A stretch of 60,111 bases of DNA, filler included, from Basidioascus undulatus (lineage: Eukaryota), in the NCBI GenBank assembly GCA_000826855.1. It is 3 parts of 3 records of this genome, joined end to end, with 100 filler letters (N's around TTAATTAATTAA, not from the genome) between each part and the next. Parts side by side here need not be neighbours in the genome. Positions count along the whole stretch, not along the records: positions 1 to 19,977 come from JTLS01000387.1; 2 more parts are not named here. One strand, written 5' to 3'. A program made the position numbers and the translations under genes. This document shows, piece by piece, positions 1-12,671 of the stretch; the stretch's first letter is position 1; each line of letters starts with the position of its first letter. A model generated the notes under the pieces. That model had not been told where the DNA came from, did not search any database, and saw only the letters and a list, made by a program, of their open reading frames with translations.

Positions 1-952
1 CTTCGCCTGCCCCTCCCCCTTCGCCGCCGCCCGCTTCGCCGCCTTCCGCTCCTTCCGCTCGCGCTTCTCTGCCTCATCCGCCTCCCGCACCTCCGCTAGG
101 CGCCGCGAGAAGTCGAACGCCCGCGCGCCGGACGCGTCCGCCGTGCGCGCGCGCAGGTACGCGATCCGCGCGCGCACTTGCTGGAGGGTTGAGCGCTCGA
201 CGTTGGTGGTTTGGCCGAGGCGGCGGAGATCTGGTCATCGGCAATGCAAATCAATACACCAGCACCCCAGCCAAGGAGAGAAGAACGCAGGGAGAGGGGT
301 AGGGAAGGCAAGGGCGGAAGGACGCACGTGTCTTCGAATTGATATGGTCCATATAAGCAACCGAGTCCTTCAGCGTCCGGTTGCACACCTCGCAGTAGAA
401 CCCGGGCTGGTTCTGACGCGTGCCCGTGGGGACGATGACCGTCTTGTTGAGGTTTTTGTCTAGGTCGAGCGGCGCCGCGCGTGCTTTCGCCAGCTCGGTC
501 GGGGCCGGGAGGTCATCGGCCCGGCGGCGCTTGAGGGGCTTGAGACCTGCATGACGTTTGCAGCAGTATCCAGATTGGATGAGCAAAAGAGGAGAGGGTG
601 GAGAGAAGAGCATGGGGATTGAGGGGCGGGGAGGATGGGTGGTGCAGGGGAGAGGGAGACGCACCCTTCTGCAACCGCTTCTCATTCTCCTCCGCGAGCT
701 CGCGCGCCGCGGCCTCCTGCTCGCGGGCCTTCTCGCGGTACGTTTCGAGGTCGTACTTTTTCCTGAAACTTCCCGCGCTCTATTCGTCCCCGCCCATCCT
801 TTATGAGTGTCTACAGCGGAGCGAGGGAAGGTGGGCGAGGGAAGACGCACAGCAGCCGTGCCGTACGCGCCGGTCTTTTCTGACCTGCGGGTGGAGGGTG
901 AGGTGTAAGTGCGTGGGTGGCGTGGAAGTGTAGAGTAGGGTTTGCCGTACAT
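1..952 (-). CDS. SNU23: U4/U6.U5 tri-snRNP zinc-finger (matrin-type) protein Snu23/ZMAT2; 3' end runs off the window
   Basis: Spliced by eye at GT..AG introns: MSEKTGAYGTAA|SAGSFRKKYDLETYREKARE...QKG|LKPLKRRRADDLP...QPGFYCEVCNRTLKDSVAYMDHINSKTH|LRRLGQTTNVERSTLQQVRARIAYLR. The GFYCxxC...DHIN..H C2H2 matrin finger and the ERSTLxQV motif are typical of the family. Confidence 0.9.
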
Positions 953-1105
953 GGTAGGTAGGTGTGGGGAAGGAAGAAGGCAAGGCAGGCAAGATGAGTG
1001 GCGATGATGGTACGGAATGAACCCGCTCGCCCTTTGCACGCGCTTGACCTCACGACGCGTCCTCGACGCCTGCCTTGCTGCCTTGCTCCCTTCCTCCATA
1101 CCCTC

Positions 1106-4100
1106 ATGCCGCCCCTCCTCCCGCTCTACTACGCCTACACCGCCCCGCTCCTCACCCACTTCTCCTCGCAGCTCCACCCCTCCGTCCCCCTTCTGTCCCC
1201 GTCGGATCCAGAGGAGTACCGCACGCTGCTGGAGGGGTGCATCGTTGCGTGCCGGGAGGCACCGAGGGTGGGGGCGCCGGTCGTCCCGCCTGAGGTGGGG
1301 TGCGAGCTAGGGGATGTACGTTTGGCGAGAGGGGAGGAAAGGTGGATGGGAAGCTGATTGGGAGGAGAGTGGGGGACGGGAGTAGGTGATTGATCGAGTG
1401 CACCGGAGGATGTTCGATCTGGGACGGGGGAGGAGCGATAATGTACTGGCGCTGGGGTATCGGCTGGTGCGTCTCTCTTTTCCTTTATTTTATGTGTTCT
1501 ATCCTATAAGGATGAAGCTGAGTTGGGATGGAAGGGCAGGCCGACCAACGCGCGGAGCCCACCAAAGCACAGAACCGGCGACCGGGCCTGTCCAACTTCT
1601 TCGTGAACACGAACGTGACGCTCATCCAGTCCCCAGCATGGCAGCTCCTCTTCTCGCGGTACGTCTTTACACCCTCATCCCACCCCCTACCTCTCCTCCT
1701 TTCCCCTCCCCATAACCTTCCCGCTCACCTCCCCTTCCTTCCCCCCATCCTCGCCCCGACACAGGATCGGCGAGCACCTCCTCCTCCCCCTCCTCACCAG
1801 CACCTCCCTCTTCCTCTCCCTCCCAAACGGGAACTACATGCAGATCGCCGGAACACCCATAACCGAGCTTGCGCCTCTCCCTGGCCCCTCCAAAGCCTCC
1901 AAGCAACCCTCCCCACCCGACCCCCCGCTCACAGCCCCGCCAGCAAAGCGTCTGCGCGCGACGGCGAGCGAGAGCGCTGTGCGCCCTGCCCCGGCGCCGG
2001 CAGTGGGGACGCTGAGGGCGACTGAGAGCGCTGGGGTGTTGGTGGCTTCAACTGTAGGGGCGGCTGCGAAGGATAAGGGCAAGGCGAAGGCGAACGGCCC
2101 GCCGCCGGTCCTGTACGTCGTCTCTCCTCTCCCCTGACGCTCCCCGTGCCCGATCCACTGACTCGAATGGTGTGGGACAATAGGAAGAAGCCCTCCGAGA
2201 TAGCCTTTGTCCGCGCGCGGCAATTCTATGCCCGCCCCGTCCGAACACGCACAAAGAAGATAATAGTCGGGCTCCCGCCTCTGCGTTCGTCCGCCCTCTT
2301 CCTCTCCCTTCCCTCCTTCTCCCCCTTTCCTTCTTTTCCTCCTCCCCTTCCCTTTCACATCTCCGTCCCGTTCCCCTTTCTCGTCTCTCTGCTCGTTCCC
2401 CTTCCTCCTCCCTCCTACTTTCTCCCAGCCTCCCTTTCTTTCCTATTCGCCTTGCTGCGATACTCAACCGAACCCCCGCTAGACGTCCTCTCCAACCACC
2501 CCACGCCCGCGCATCTCCTGCGCTACCTCTTCCCGCGGCAGCACGGGCTGCACAACGTTTTCACCTCGCCGCGCGAGTGGCGGACGACCGTCCATCCGTT
2601 CAGGGACTATACGGATCGGGAGGCGGAGATCCAGGTGCGTCTTCCCCATTGCCCACCCTTCCTACTGCCTCCCGCCTTTCACGATCCCCTCCGAACTTTC
2701 TCTTCTTTCACTCTTCATCTGACTGAACCTACTGAACATCCTGGAAACCACAAGGCGCTCGAGAAACTCCACGGCAAGCGGTCCTTCGAGCGTGCCCTCT
2801 CTTGCGGGAAGATCAAGGACCGGACCCTCAAGGCGGAGCACGCCACTCCGCGCGCGCTGCGTACGCCCAAGCGGCTTACGGGGGACGTGATGCTGCTTGC
2901 GAAGCGAATGATCAGGCGCCATGAGCGGTTTGACTATCGCGCGGCGCTGGGGCGGTGCTGCGCCTCGAAGGTCTGTCCCTTCTTCCCTTCTCTAAATTGT
3001 CTCATGCCAAGGCGTGGTGGTCTGACGGGACAGTGGGATTGTTGGGGCAGTTGAAGTCCAAAACGGACCCATCCCAAATCCTCGTCAGTCCCCCTCCTCC
3101 CCACCCTCCCGCGGGGCTGACCCCCAAAACAGGAGATGATGTCCGAGCTCTCCCCCTCCTCCTTCCCCCACCCGACACCGAGGCACACCACCCAGCCCGC
3201 GTCGGGCGACATCACCGCCTCAGACATCGACACGAGCGTCGTCTCCGCGCACGGGCCGAGCCAGGCCGCCAGGGCGAGCAGGGAGAAACCAGCGTTTTTG
3301 GAGCTCGAGTGTGGGGCGGGGGAGGTACGTTCCCCGACGTGTGATGTGTGGGAGGAGGAGCGGAGGTAGAGGGAGAGGGGAGAAGCTGAGAAAGGCGAGG
3401 GGCTAGGTATCGAGGTTCGCACGGATGGTGGTAAGAGAGGTCATCCCCAAGGACTTCTGGGGGTCGGACTGGAATCAGGATCTGCTCCTCTCCCGTGCGT
3501 GTCTCCCTCTCCCTCTCACTTTCGTACCACCCCGCGGGCTCATTGTGTCCGAGGCCCACCAAGAAATCGACACCTTCGTCCGCCTCCGGCGCTTCGAAAC
3601 CCTCTCCTTGCACGGCGTCCTCCAAGGCGTGCGCATCCCCGACATGCGCTGGGCATGTCGCTGTTCCTCCTCCAAGGGGGGACGCGTCCCCGCAGACGAG
3701 TCGAAGAAGCGGGACGAGCTTGTCAGGGAGTGGGTGTACTGGCTTTTTGATGGCTTTCTCATCGCGCTGCTCAAGGTGCGGTTCTGCGAAGCCGTTGGAG
3801 ATGTGGAGGGAGAAGCTGATTATGGTCTGGATGGATGGGGAGCAGACGACGTTCTACATCACCGACTCGAGCGCGGGGAAGAGGAGGGTGCATTATTTCC
3901 GGCAGGACGACTGGGACGCAGCGTGCAAGCCGCTGCTCGAGCGGCTGTCGTCCACTATTTTTGAGGAGATGACTGCGGTGCGTCGCTCCCCCCTCCTCGG
4001 AAAAGGCGCTGAGGTGTGAAGCGTGGAGAGGAACCAGGACGAAGTGCAGCGTGCCATGCAGCACCGCAGGCTCGGGTACTCGTTCGTCCGCCTCCTGCCG

Positions 4101-6533
4101 AAGGAGACGGGCGTGCGGCCGATCGTGAATCTCAGGCGGCGGATTGTGAAGAAAGGGGTTAGTTCCCTCTTCTCCTTCCTCTCCCTCCTTCTCCCTCCTT
4201 CCTCTCTTGAGACACCCGCTGAAACGGGAGGGGTGGGCCAGGAGGCGAAGAATCAGCTCGGCCCGTCCATCAACCATGTATTGCAGGCTGCGTTCCAGAT
4301 TCTGACTTTTGAAAAGGTGCTGTCCGGAGTCGGAGGAAGAGGAGATGGGGGAGGGTGGAATAAGGCTGAGGCTGAAGGTGGGCTGGGGAGACAGACAAGA
4401 AGACCGGACCTCCTCGGCGCCTCGGTGCTCGGCTCGTCCGAGATTTACGCGAAGCTCAAGGCGTTCAGGGGGCGCGTGTTTGGGGACAACAAGTCGTGCG
4501 TTTCCTACCCTCTTGCCCTCGGTTTCCTTTTCGCGGCGTGCAATTCTGATCAATTTCACTTCGGAACGGGGGAGCAGGATCCCCGACAAGCTTTACTTTG
4601 TCAAAGTGGACGTTCAAGCCTGCTTCGACACGATCCCGCAGGACAAGCTGTTCGAAATCCTCGAGGAGGTGTTGAGTGAGGTAATCTTCCTCCCCCACCC
4701 CATTCTCACGAAGAAGCGCTCGCTGATGAGGTCTTGCGTTATGCGGGAGGAAGGACGGCTACATGCTCCAGAAGTACCAGCAGCTCGCGACCTCGGCGGG
4801 GCAGCCTAAGCGCACGTTCTTCAAGAAGGCCGTGCCGGACTGTAGGTCGCGCGTTATGGAAGAGGGGAGATGCACAATGGGTGCTGAATGCGCGGGGGAC
4901 AGCCGAGCACCCGCTGTTTATCGAGACGGCTGCGAATTTGGCGGGGCGCTTGCGGAATGCGATCTTCGTGGACCAGGTGCGCACGGCAGTTATTTGCTTT
5001 TCACAGAATAGTCGCTGAACTGTAGGTGGGCTCTGCTCAGGTCGCCTATCCCCATGAGCCCCGCGAAGAGATTATCGCGCTCTTGCGGGAACATATCACG
5101 GAGAACATCGTGAAGGTGCGCATGCCGTTACCATCACTCTTCACAATAATTGGTCTGTTTGCTGATTGCTTTGCTGACCAGCGCAGATCGGCGACGCCTT
5201 CTACCGCCAGTGCATCGGCATCCCGCAGGGAAGCGTCCTCTCCACGCTGCTCTGCAGCTTCTTCTACGGCGACCTCGAGCGCACGTCGCTGCAGTTCGTG
5301 CGCGCTACGCCGACAGGGGTGAGTTCCCTGTCGCTCTTCACTCCACCTCCCACTCGTGTTGACAGAGCGGCGAGCGGCTGTAGGTCCTGCTCCGCTTGAT
5401 AGACGACTTCCTGTTCATCTCGACTGTTCGCTCCGATGCGCGGCGGTTCTTGCAGGTCATGCACGAGGGTGAGCTGGGCCGGGTTGCGGTCGATGGGCAA
5501 ATAGCGGTTTTGATCGATCATGGTGGGCAGGTCATCCGGAGTACGGCTGCTTCATCAGCAAAGAGAAGACGCTCGCCAACTTTGACGTCTCGCTCGAGCC
5601 GGGCGTGACGATCCCGTGCTTGGAAGGGACAGGTAGGGCTGGGCTTTATGTTGCGCTGCGTGATCCCATGCTGAACTTCGCGGAATTGTGGGATCAGACT
5701 TCCCGTGGTGCGGCATGCTCATTGACACGCAGTCGCTTCACGTACGCTTGGATCAGTGCAAGTTCTTCCAGGGCGGTAAGTCTGAGGGGAAGTCCGCAAA
5801 TCGGGAAGCTGAAGGCTGATGTGGTTGGGACAACAGACCCGAGGGACGGTCTGTCAATGGGTCTGCACAAGTCGCCCGGCAAGATGTTTGAGAACCGACT
5901 GATCCAGTGCGTCTACGACCTGCCAGCACCCCTTCGAGGATGTCGCTCAAGTTATCCTTTCGAGCAGGTCCATCAAGCTCAAGAGCCACGCCATCTACCT
6001 CGACACGGCGCTCAACTCGCCGCAGGTGGTCTGCGCAAATGTGTACCAAAACTTCGTCGTCGCGGCGTTCAAGATGCACGTGTACATCAAAGAGTGGGGC
6101 GCGAACGTGCGCGAGCGCGAAGGCTTCTTTGCGAGTGCGTCTTCTGCTGTTGCTGTTCGTTATGCAGCCGGCTCATCTTGGATGTTGCAGGTACCATCGA
6201 GCGCACCATCCACCTCGCATTCATCTTCATCCAGACCAAAATCAACTCGCAAATCGGCCGAACGTGCGGTGCGCGGTGTGACATCTCACAGGCCGCAATT
6301 GCTTGGTCAGTCCTTCCGCCTCTCCGCGTGCACGTCTTGCTGATCAAAAAGGGGCACGCAGGCTCGGCTACCACGCTTTCCACCGCGTCCTCCTCCGCAA
6401 GCCGGCCGTGTATGGTGGACTGGCGCGGCGCTTCGCAAAGGAGCTTGGGCGGCCACGGTACCGCCGGGTGGCGCGCGGGCTGGGGGCGACTGTCAAGCAG
6501 GTCTGGAAGGAAGTGGACGCGCTCAGATCCTGA
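1106..6533 (+). CDS. TERT: Telomerase reverse transcriptase (TERT), about 26 introns
   Basis: All motifs appear in order after splicing. [14 protein letters not shown] and [13 protein letters not shown]. Fungal-type block: [36 protein letters not shown] region: [13 protein letters not shown] motif: [30 protein letters not shown]. Motifs 1/2: [33 protein letters not shown]': [56 protein letters not shown] ends KEVDALRS* (TGA 6531-6533). The start ATG at 1106 is inferred. Confidence 0.97.
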
Positions 6534-7118
6534 TCAGCATCGATGCCTGTTGTTGGTTCACAGTCGTGAATGCCGTCGAACGGTGTGGATGGCCGAGCAA
6601 ATGATATGATCGTCGTCGGCTCTGGTTCTTCGGTCCTCGTCGTCTCAGAGCAGTAGGCACTCGTCACCCCGCACTGCCAACCTGAAAACGTTTGCAATTT
6701 GGCCCCGTTCCTTAAGCGGTGCATGTAATGGTCTCTTAACGCCTTCTTTTTAATGGATAAGCAAGTGTGAGTCCGGTTGTGTCCAGTCTTCGGCGTCCCT
6801 TCCAGCACTCGCGACGACAGTGAGCGAATCCCGAGCACTACGTGCCTGTCACAAAAGAAGGCGCAAGTCCCTGTCGGACTTTCAGTACTTTTGGGAGTCC
6901 CAGAATGGCGAGCGCTTCTTCCCGCTCGCCTTGCTGGGGAAAGTGCCGAGGGAGCGCTGTCGATAGGGCCGACCGCAACATAAGATACCGCCCGGCTTCC
7001 TGGTTGGACCCAGCTGGCTGCCTTAATTCTCGGGTGCACGCGAGGCTTTCACGCCCACGTGTAGCTCTCTTTCTCCCATCGAAATGTCAAGGACTGGATG
7101 TCAGTGGATGTGTCTTTC

Positions 7119-9140
7119 ATGGCGTCGCTCGACGCTCAGGACGCCTGGCCTGCGCTATGCGAGGTGGTGAAAGGTGACCCCCTTCGTCGTCTTGATGCGC
7201 AGATCCATCGTGCTCCTAACACTCACATAGGCCGGCACCCCCAAGCTACTCCCTCTTCCACCATCTCTTCCCTCCGCAACACAGGCGTTAATCAGACGAC
7301 ATGTCCCACAAGCGTTGCCAACGCCTCCCAGCCGGACATCGGATTGTTCCTCGGGTGCGGACTCGATATGTCATTGAATATGACAGTGATTAGAGAGACT
7401 GGATGTTATATGAATCTGTGGCAAGCTCACCGAACAAGCAACCAGGGCTTCTTTTTCGCTCAGATTCTGGACTACTTCGTGAGAACGTCCCGACGGGTCC
7501 CCATGTTTCAGGCTGCCTGCAATCTGTGAGTCTGCCGTCCCAGTGCCTTCTCCGCTCGCCTAATATTCGTCGGCAGGGAGCTGCAAGCGTATTCTTACGT
7601 CCGAAACTTTGGGGACTTCATGAATGCCTACGGTCTCACATGTACGATATTTGTTGTTTTAGTTTCTTAGGAAAAGCGCTAACCGTTACGATGGGTGATA
7701 TAAGATTGGAACCACTGGGTAGAGGTGAGTAGCTCAAACATGCCTGTCTTCTTGTTACACATCTCGATTCTTGTCACCTTCAACTCCTGATATGTTACAA
7801 TATTTCCATAGTACAGCATGACGGGCCTGCTTGCGGCCGTTTGTCAGTGCTTCTTTCTGCGGAGGGCATATACCTTCACGAAGCATTCTGGGGTTTGGCT
7901 CAGCGGTATCCTGGTCGTGAGTGCAACCCCCTTCATCTTGCACAAATAAAAGAATGAGAAAACCTCGACAGGGCCTTTCTGGTGCAATTGGGTGAGTTGG
8001 GCGGAGGGCCCTTGTGGTGCTCATGGCATTGATGGCTATGCTAACGGTTCTCACTCACCGTTTAGCACCTCAGTGATGGTCTCGAGAGCCGTTGATCAGG
8101 GCCACTTCGGTCATGTCAGCCAACACTTTGAATGTGTCTAATAGCAAGGCTGAACTTACACAGGGGAGAGCAGGACTTCGGGGCGACTATTGCGAGCTAC
8201 GTCCAGCTGGTTGCCAGCGTCGCGACGGACATCTTTATCTCAGCGATTCTCGTAAGTGCTTTGCGAGGACCGGAGAAAAAAGAAAGGAGTTCCCTTGGGC
8301 TGAAGCGTCATTTGGGCTACATCAGGTTCAGCACCTGTTCAAGCGCCGAAAGGGGTTTGAGAATACGGACGAGGGGAGCCTTTTCTCGATGCACTTCAAT
8401 GAACGACATGCTGACAGCGAAATGCTGTTTAGACATCGTCACGCAGCTGCTTCGCTTGACTTTTGAAAGAAGCTCTTTGACCTCTGTTTGGATCATCCTC
8501 ACACTCGTACGTTCGATTGAGCGCCACCGCTCCACCATGCAAATCTGTGTGCGTGCTAATAATTGTACCCAGCGTCCAGATTACCTTCATCGTCACATGC
8601 CCGCACAACTCGGTGCATACTATCTTCGAGTTCTGCTTAGGACGCATTTACAGCCAGTCAGCGACCTCGACATTCGTATTTGATACAAAGCTGACGGCTG
8701 TCCTTTAGTTAAAGCTCTGTGATGTTCACCCTCCTTTCACGCATCAACCTCCGCTCCGTCATCTCGCGCAACCCGCTCAATCCGGCTCCGGGTCTGGTTC
8801 CGGAAACGACAACTCCCGGTCACTGTCTCGTGATAACCGAACCGCGGTATGTGTTGTAACACTTTCCGACCAGAGCAGTCCCACTCACGCACTGCCCGTG
8901 CACCGCATCGAACAGCGACCAAGCGACTTCAAACTTGGCACAATGGGCGGCATTTACGTCACGGCAGTCTAGGAGATTGCGTTTGATGGCAGCTTGGACA
9001 ACGGCCCTGACAGCAAGGCGGCCAGCATCAAGGAGGAGCAGCCGACTCAGGTGGTACTCGACACCTCGAGCGCCAGCCTTGACACCTGGCAAGGCGACGA
9101 GCGCTCAACAACTGAGCTCCGATCCTGCGCTGCGGTATGG
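7119..9140 (+). CDS. Multi-pass membrane protein, DUF6534-like; boundaries approximate, possibly with a premature stop
   Basis: Exon fragments GFFFAQILDYF, VASVATDIFISAILVSALR, LLRLTFERSSLTSVWIILTL, IFEFCLGRIYS and SVMFTLLSRINLR resemble the basidiomycete DUF6534 pattern. An in-frame TAG lies at about 8969 in the putative tail. Confidence 0.55.
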
Positions 9141-9227
9141 TCACAGACTACTATGTGTACTGGATCAATGCATGTTTCAGAAACGGTCGAGTGCGGTCCC
9201 GTTCACTGTTTGTATCAAGGCCAGACA

Positions 9228-10721
9228 TTATTCAGTCGTGTCGCGGATTGCTATTCTGCTTGCTTGCTCAACGTGTCTAGCCGCTTGATACGTCCTCAAA
9301 ACTGCTGTGGCCAGGCTTCTTCCCAGCCTGGGGATGAAGCGGAACCAAATCAACGTAAGCCAGCATGGCCTAAGCGCGGTACGGTGGAAGCCAGCCAATG
9401 GAACTCGAAAACACATACGATGTTCGGAAGGGTGTTCGATGCTCGCCACGTCGAAATTGAAGAAGCTGGTCCACTTGACGTTCAACAGGTGATCAAGGCT
9501 CAGCTGAGCGAGGACGTCAAGGGCGTCATATTCATCCGGATCGTCGAGGAAGAACTGAGAGTAGTGTAGCTTTAATCGGAGCTCATTTAGACTTTCGAAG
9601 GTGTTCATTGTACGTACCGCGTCTCCAGCCAAAGCGAGCATCTCGAGGTCTGGCAGCTTGCCCTCCTTGACGAGCTGCAAAAAGTCCAGCAAGTCTCCGT
9701 CGACCTCGTCGACATGTGCCCTTATAGAGAGCTTGCGCAGCCTGCAAGCACCCTTCTGGACGTCCTCGATAAGCGCGCTGACAAGAGCGACAGCACTGTG
9801 CCCGAGAGGACAGTTGAGAACTTCCAGGCGTTGGCGTAGTGCCTCAAACCGCCGGGTAGCGAGTATCTCTGTCGGATATGGCCTGACGCGCCGGAGAAAA
9901 TGCTGCGCACCCTCGAGGTTGAGATGCACGACGTTCGAAAGATCCAGTATATGCTTCATGAAGCGACGGGAACTGAAACGGACCAGGCTGTCTCAGCATC
10001 GGGACATACTGTGGTTCGAAGATCAAGGTCACACCTGGTCAAGCGCTCATCCCTGAGAATCTTCAAGCCTGAGAGGTTCACCACCGAAGTGAAAGTCGAC
10101 TTCGACGAGAGGTTTCCGTTGGCTAGGAAAGATAGCAAGCTGTGAAGGCAACCTCGGATGTCAGCTTCAGGCTGTATGGAGTCGTACGAGAACGATATCG
10201 GACGCGCACACTTTCGGTCGACGAAACTTGGGAGACTGGTACAGAACCTTCGAAAGGAATCTCCTTTGAGTCGAAGCACCGCTTTATCGACTGGACAACG
10301 AAAAGAACGGGCGTACCGGCATCACGATGTCCTTCAATAGCTTCGAAGTCAATGTCAATGCGTAGAGCGATTTTTGGTCGTCCTTCAAGAACATGACGAC
10401 GATGCGCCAGAGCTCCTCCAGTTCAAGCGTCCCATTGAGCGGCCTGATCCTTCCGCTGCCCGTGAACTGCGCGGGGAGGTCGGCTTCGAATTGGCCGACC
10501 TCAACAGCGGCCGACGCCGGCGCGAGCGAGGCCGAGATCCGCTCAGCCTGGTCTTGGCTATGTGCAAGGATCTCAAGAAGCGGGAGAGACGCATTTGGAA
10601 GAGCTGAAACAACCTCGCGAAGCTTAGCGAGCTGGAGTTGGAGCGCGTCCGCATCCTGCCTGGCGGCGCTGAGGTCGCGCGACGGAGGACTGGCAAGATT
10701 CGAAGGTGATGTCGACTTCAT
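9228..10721 (-). CDS. F-box-like/LRR-like hypothetical protein (paralogue of 43407-44800)
   Basis: N-terminal coiled-coil-like segment, then LEELWRIVVMFLKDDQKSLYALTLTSKLLKDIVMP (F-box-like), then LRR-like segments (LEVLNCP, LRKLSI, LEMLAL). The 3' boundary is uncertain. Confidence 0.6.
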
Positions 10722-11969
10722 CTAGACGGTTCCGGGAGATATCGAAGACTATCGAGGATATATCGAGGATGTGCTGTGCGAAGCTTTGGTAGCGCTGATA
10801 TTGGAGATGATGGTGGTCCAGATGCAAGAGGCCTGGAGACGCGGCACGTGTGCGCAGAACCTCCCGTGCACCAGCACTTCTGACCCTTTGAAAGAGGTAT
10901 TCCTTTACAAGCTGTCTAGAGCTCCCAATCCACATTTTTCCCAATTTTCAGCCCTGCGTCGTGTAGTTTCATCACAATCCTCCTTGAGCATAGTCGCCCG
11001 GCCGGACCCGCGTGTGAGGGGGCTTGTCGTGCTGACGTTGTAGGAATTGGCTGAAGGACAAAGACGGCAAAGCCGACGGCAAGTACCCCGGATGCTTTTC
11101 TGTGCTTCTCATGCGTTGAGGATCCAGATAAAGCGAGTGGCAGTTAGGCCCACGAAGGAAGCCATCGCGCGCCCGCTACCTTCCGCTTGATTTTGACGAA
11201 GTGTTTCGCTATATGTGGACGAGAGTTACTTGCCCTATACTTCCGGAACATATCTATGAATCTTTCCGTAAAGGCCTTCCCGCTTCCCGATTTATCGTAA
11301 AAGACAAATCTCGACGATGAAAATACAGCCTCACTGCACCACGGGCAGTCGGCGTCGCAAAGCCTAGCATAAAGGCCCATGGTCCTGTGTAGCTTGTGAT
11401 ACGCATAATAGTGTGCAATGTGCATCAGGCCAAGTGAAGTAATTAGTGGTAATAAATCGCATAAGGATTTTGTGAGAAGGCTACAACATCCGCTCGTGAG
11501 CCCACTGACCTCTACATCGCTAGACTTGAAGACTGGCGCTCACTTTCAGATCCATAATATCGTCTTTGGTGAAACATGCAATTCTACAGCATGGTATTTT
11601 ATGTATGCTCTTACCAAGCTTCCAATAGCGCGGAGAGACAACGACGAAGAATACGCCTGCATCAAGGTGCGAGTTTCACTTCACAGCAATGTACCTACCT
11701 TGCCTGCTGTAACGTCTTTTCTGTCGGTTGGCAAAGCCAAAACTACATACCGTCCATATGTCATTCCATTGAGTTGTTCATGTCCCAGGCGCGGTCTAGT
11801 CCCTCGCACCGCGCGGAAGGCAGCACGCGGCAAGTTGCACACTCCAGTAAACAATCGAAGCAGCCTCTTTTACAGTCAATGTACACCGTAGGACAGCCTA
11901 TTCAGCTCCCCCTGACAAGCTATCCGCCCGTTCCCAACATTCAACACCCAGCAGTCTCGACCCCACACC

Positions 11970-12671
11970 TCACTCCTCGCCCTGCCTCCTCTTCCAGCTG
12001 ATCATGCCCTCCCGCACACGAACCCACCACTTCCACTTCCTCTCCCTCTTCCCCGCTTGCCCTTCTCCCTCTCCCCTCAGCTCAACCGACCCGTCCCCGC
12101 AGTCCCGCTCCCCAAATGGGTGTGTCTCGAACATCACCCTCCCCTCCTCAGGCGGACTCGACCGCGCCCGGCGCCGAAGAGCAGGCTCCGACCTCGCCGC
12201 CCTGAGCCGTGGCTGCACCCTCGCGTTGCCCGCGCTCCGCGGCGAAGGCGGAGCAGACGGTGGAAGGATGAGGAGGTGGTACGGCGGCGGAATCCGTCGG
12301 GGGGAGGCGGGGGTGGAGTCGACGCGGGTGCGAGTGCGAGGAGAGGGAATGCTGGCCGGGCAAGAGCGGGGGAACTGGATAGCGGTGGAAGGCGCTGGGA
12401 TGCGACGCGGGGGCATAGAGAGCGGTGATGGCTTGGAGTCGACCCGGGGGCGCGGCGCGTCGGGCAGCGAAGGGGTGGACGCGGGAAGGATGCGGGTTTG
12501 CGCAGCGATTTGGGTGGGTTCTTGAGAGGCAGGACGAATAAGGATTCCTCGTGGCGGAGGGAGAGGGGGAGGAGGCGCGGGCGAGCGCGGGAAGGACGGG
12601 TGAGTCGTGGAGATGGGTGTCGTCGCGAAGACGGTGTAGTCGTAGGTGTAGGTGCGCTGCAGGGTGGGCAT
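11970..12671 (-). CDS. Proline/serine-rich hypothetical protein
   Basis: Intronless ORF MPTLQRTYTYDYTVFATTP... with internal semi-repeats (RVDSKPSP..PPRRIP / RVDSTPASPRRIPP). No family recognised. Confidence 0.5.
   Translation of the reverse strand: MPTLQRTYTYDYTVFATTPISTTHPSFPRSPAPPPPLPPPRGILIRPASQEPTQIAAQTRILPASTPSLPDAPRPRVDSKPSPLSMPPRRIPAPSTAIQFPRSCPASIPSPRTRTRVDSTPASPRRIPPPYHLLILPPSAPPSPRSAGNARVQPRLRAARSEPALRRRARSSPPEEGRVMFETHPFGERDCGDGSVELRGEGEGQAGKRERKWKWWVRVREGMISWKRRQGEE

Noticed and set aside
1106..6533. RT domain as a retrotransposon or Penelope-like element
   Set aside because: It has telomerase-specific GQ, CP, QFP and T motifs, many spliceosomal introns, no endonuclease or integrase domain and no terminal repeats.
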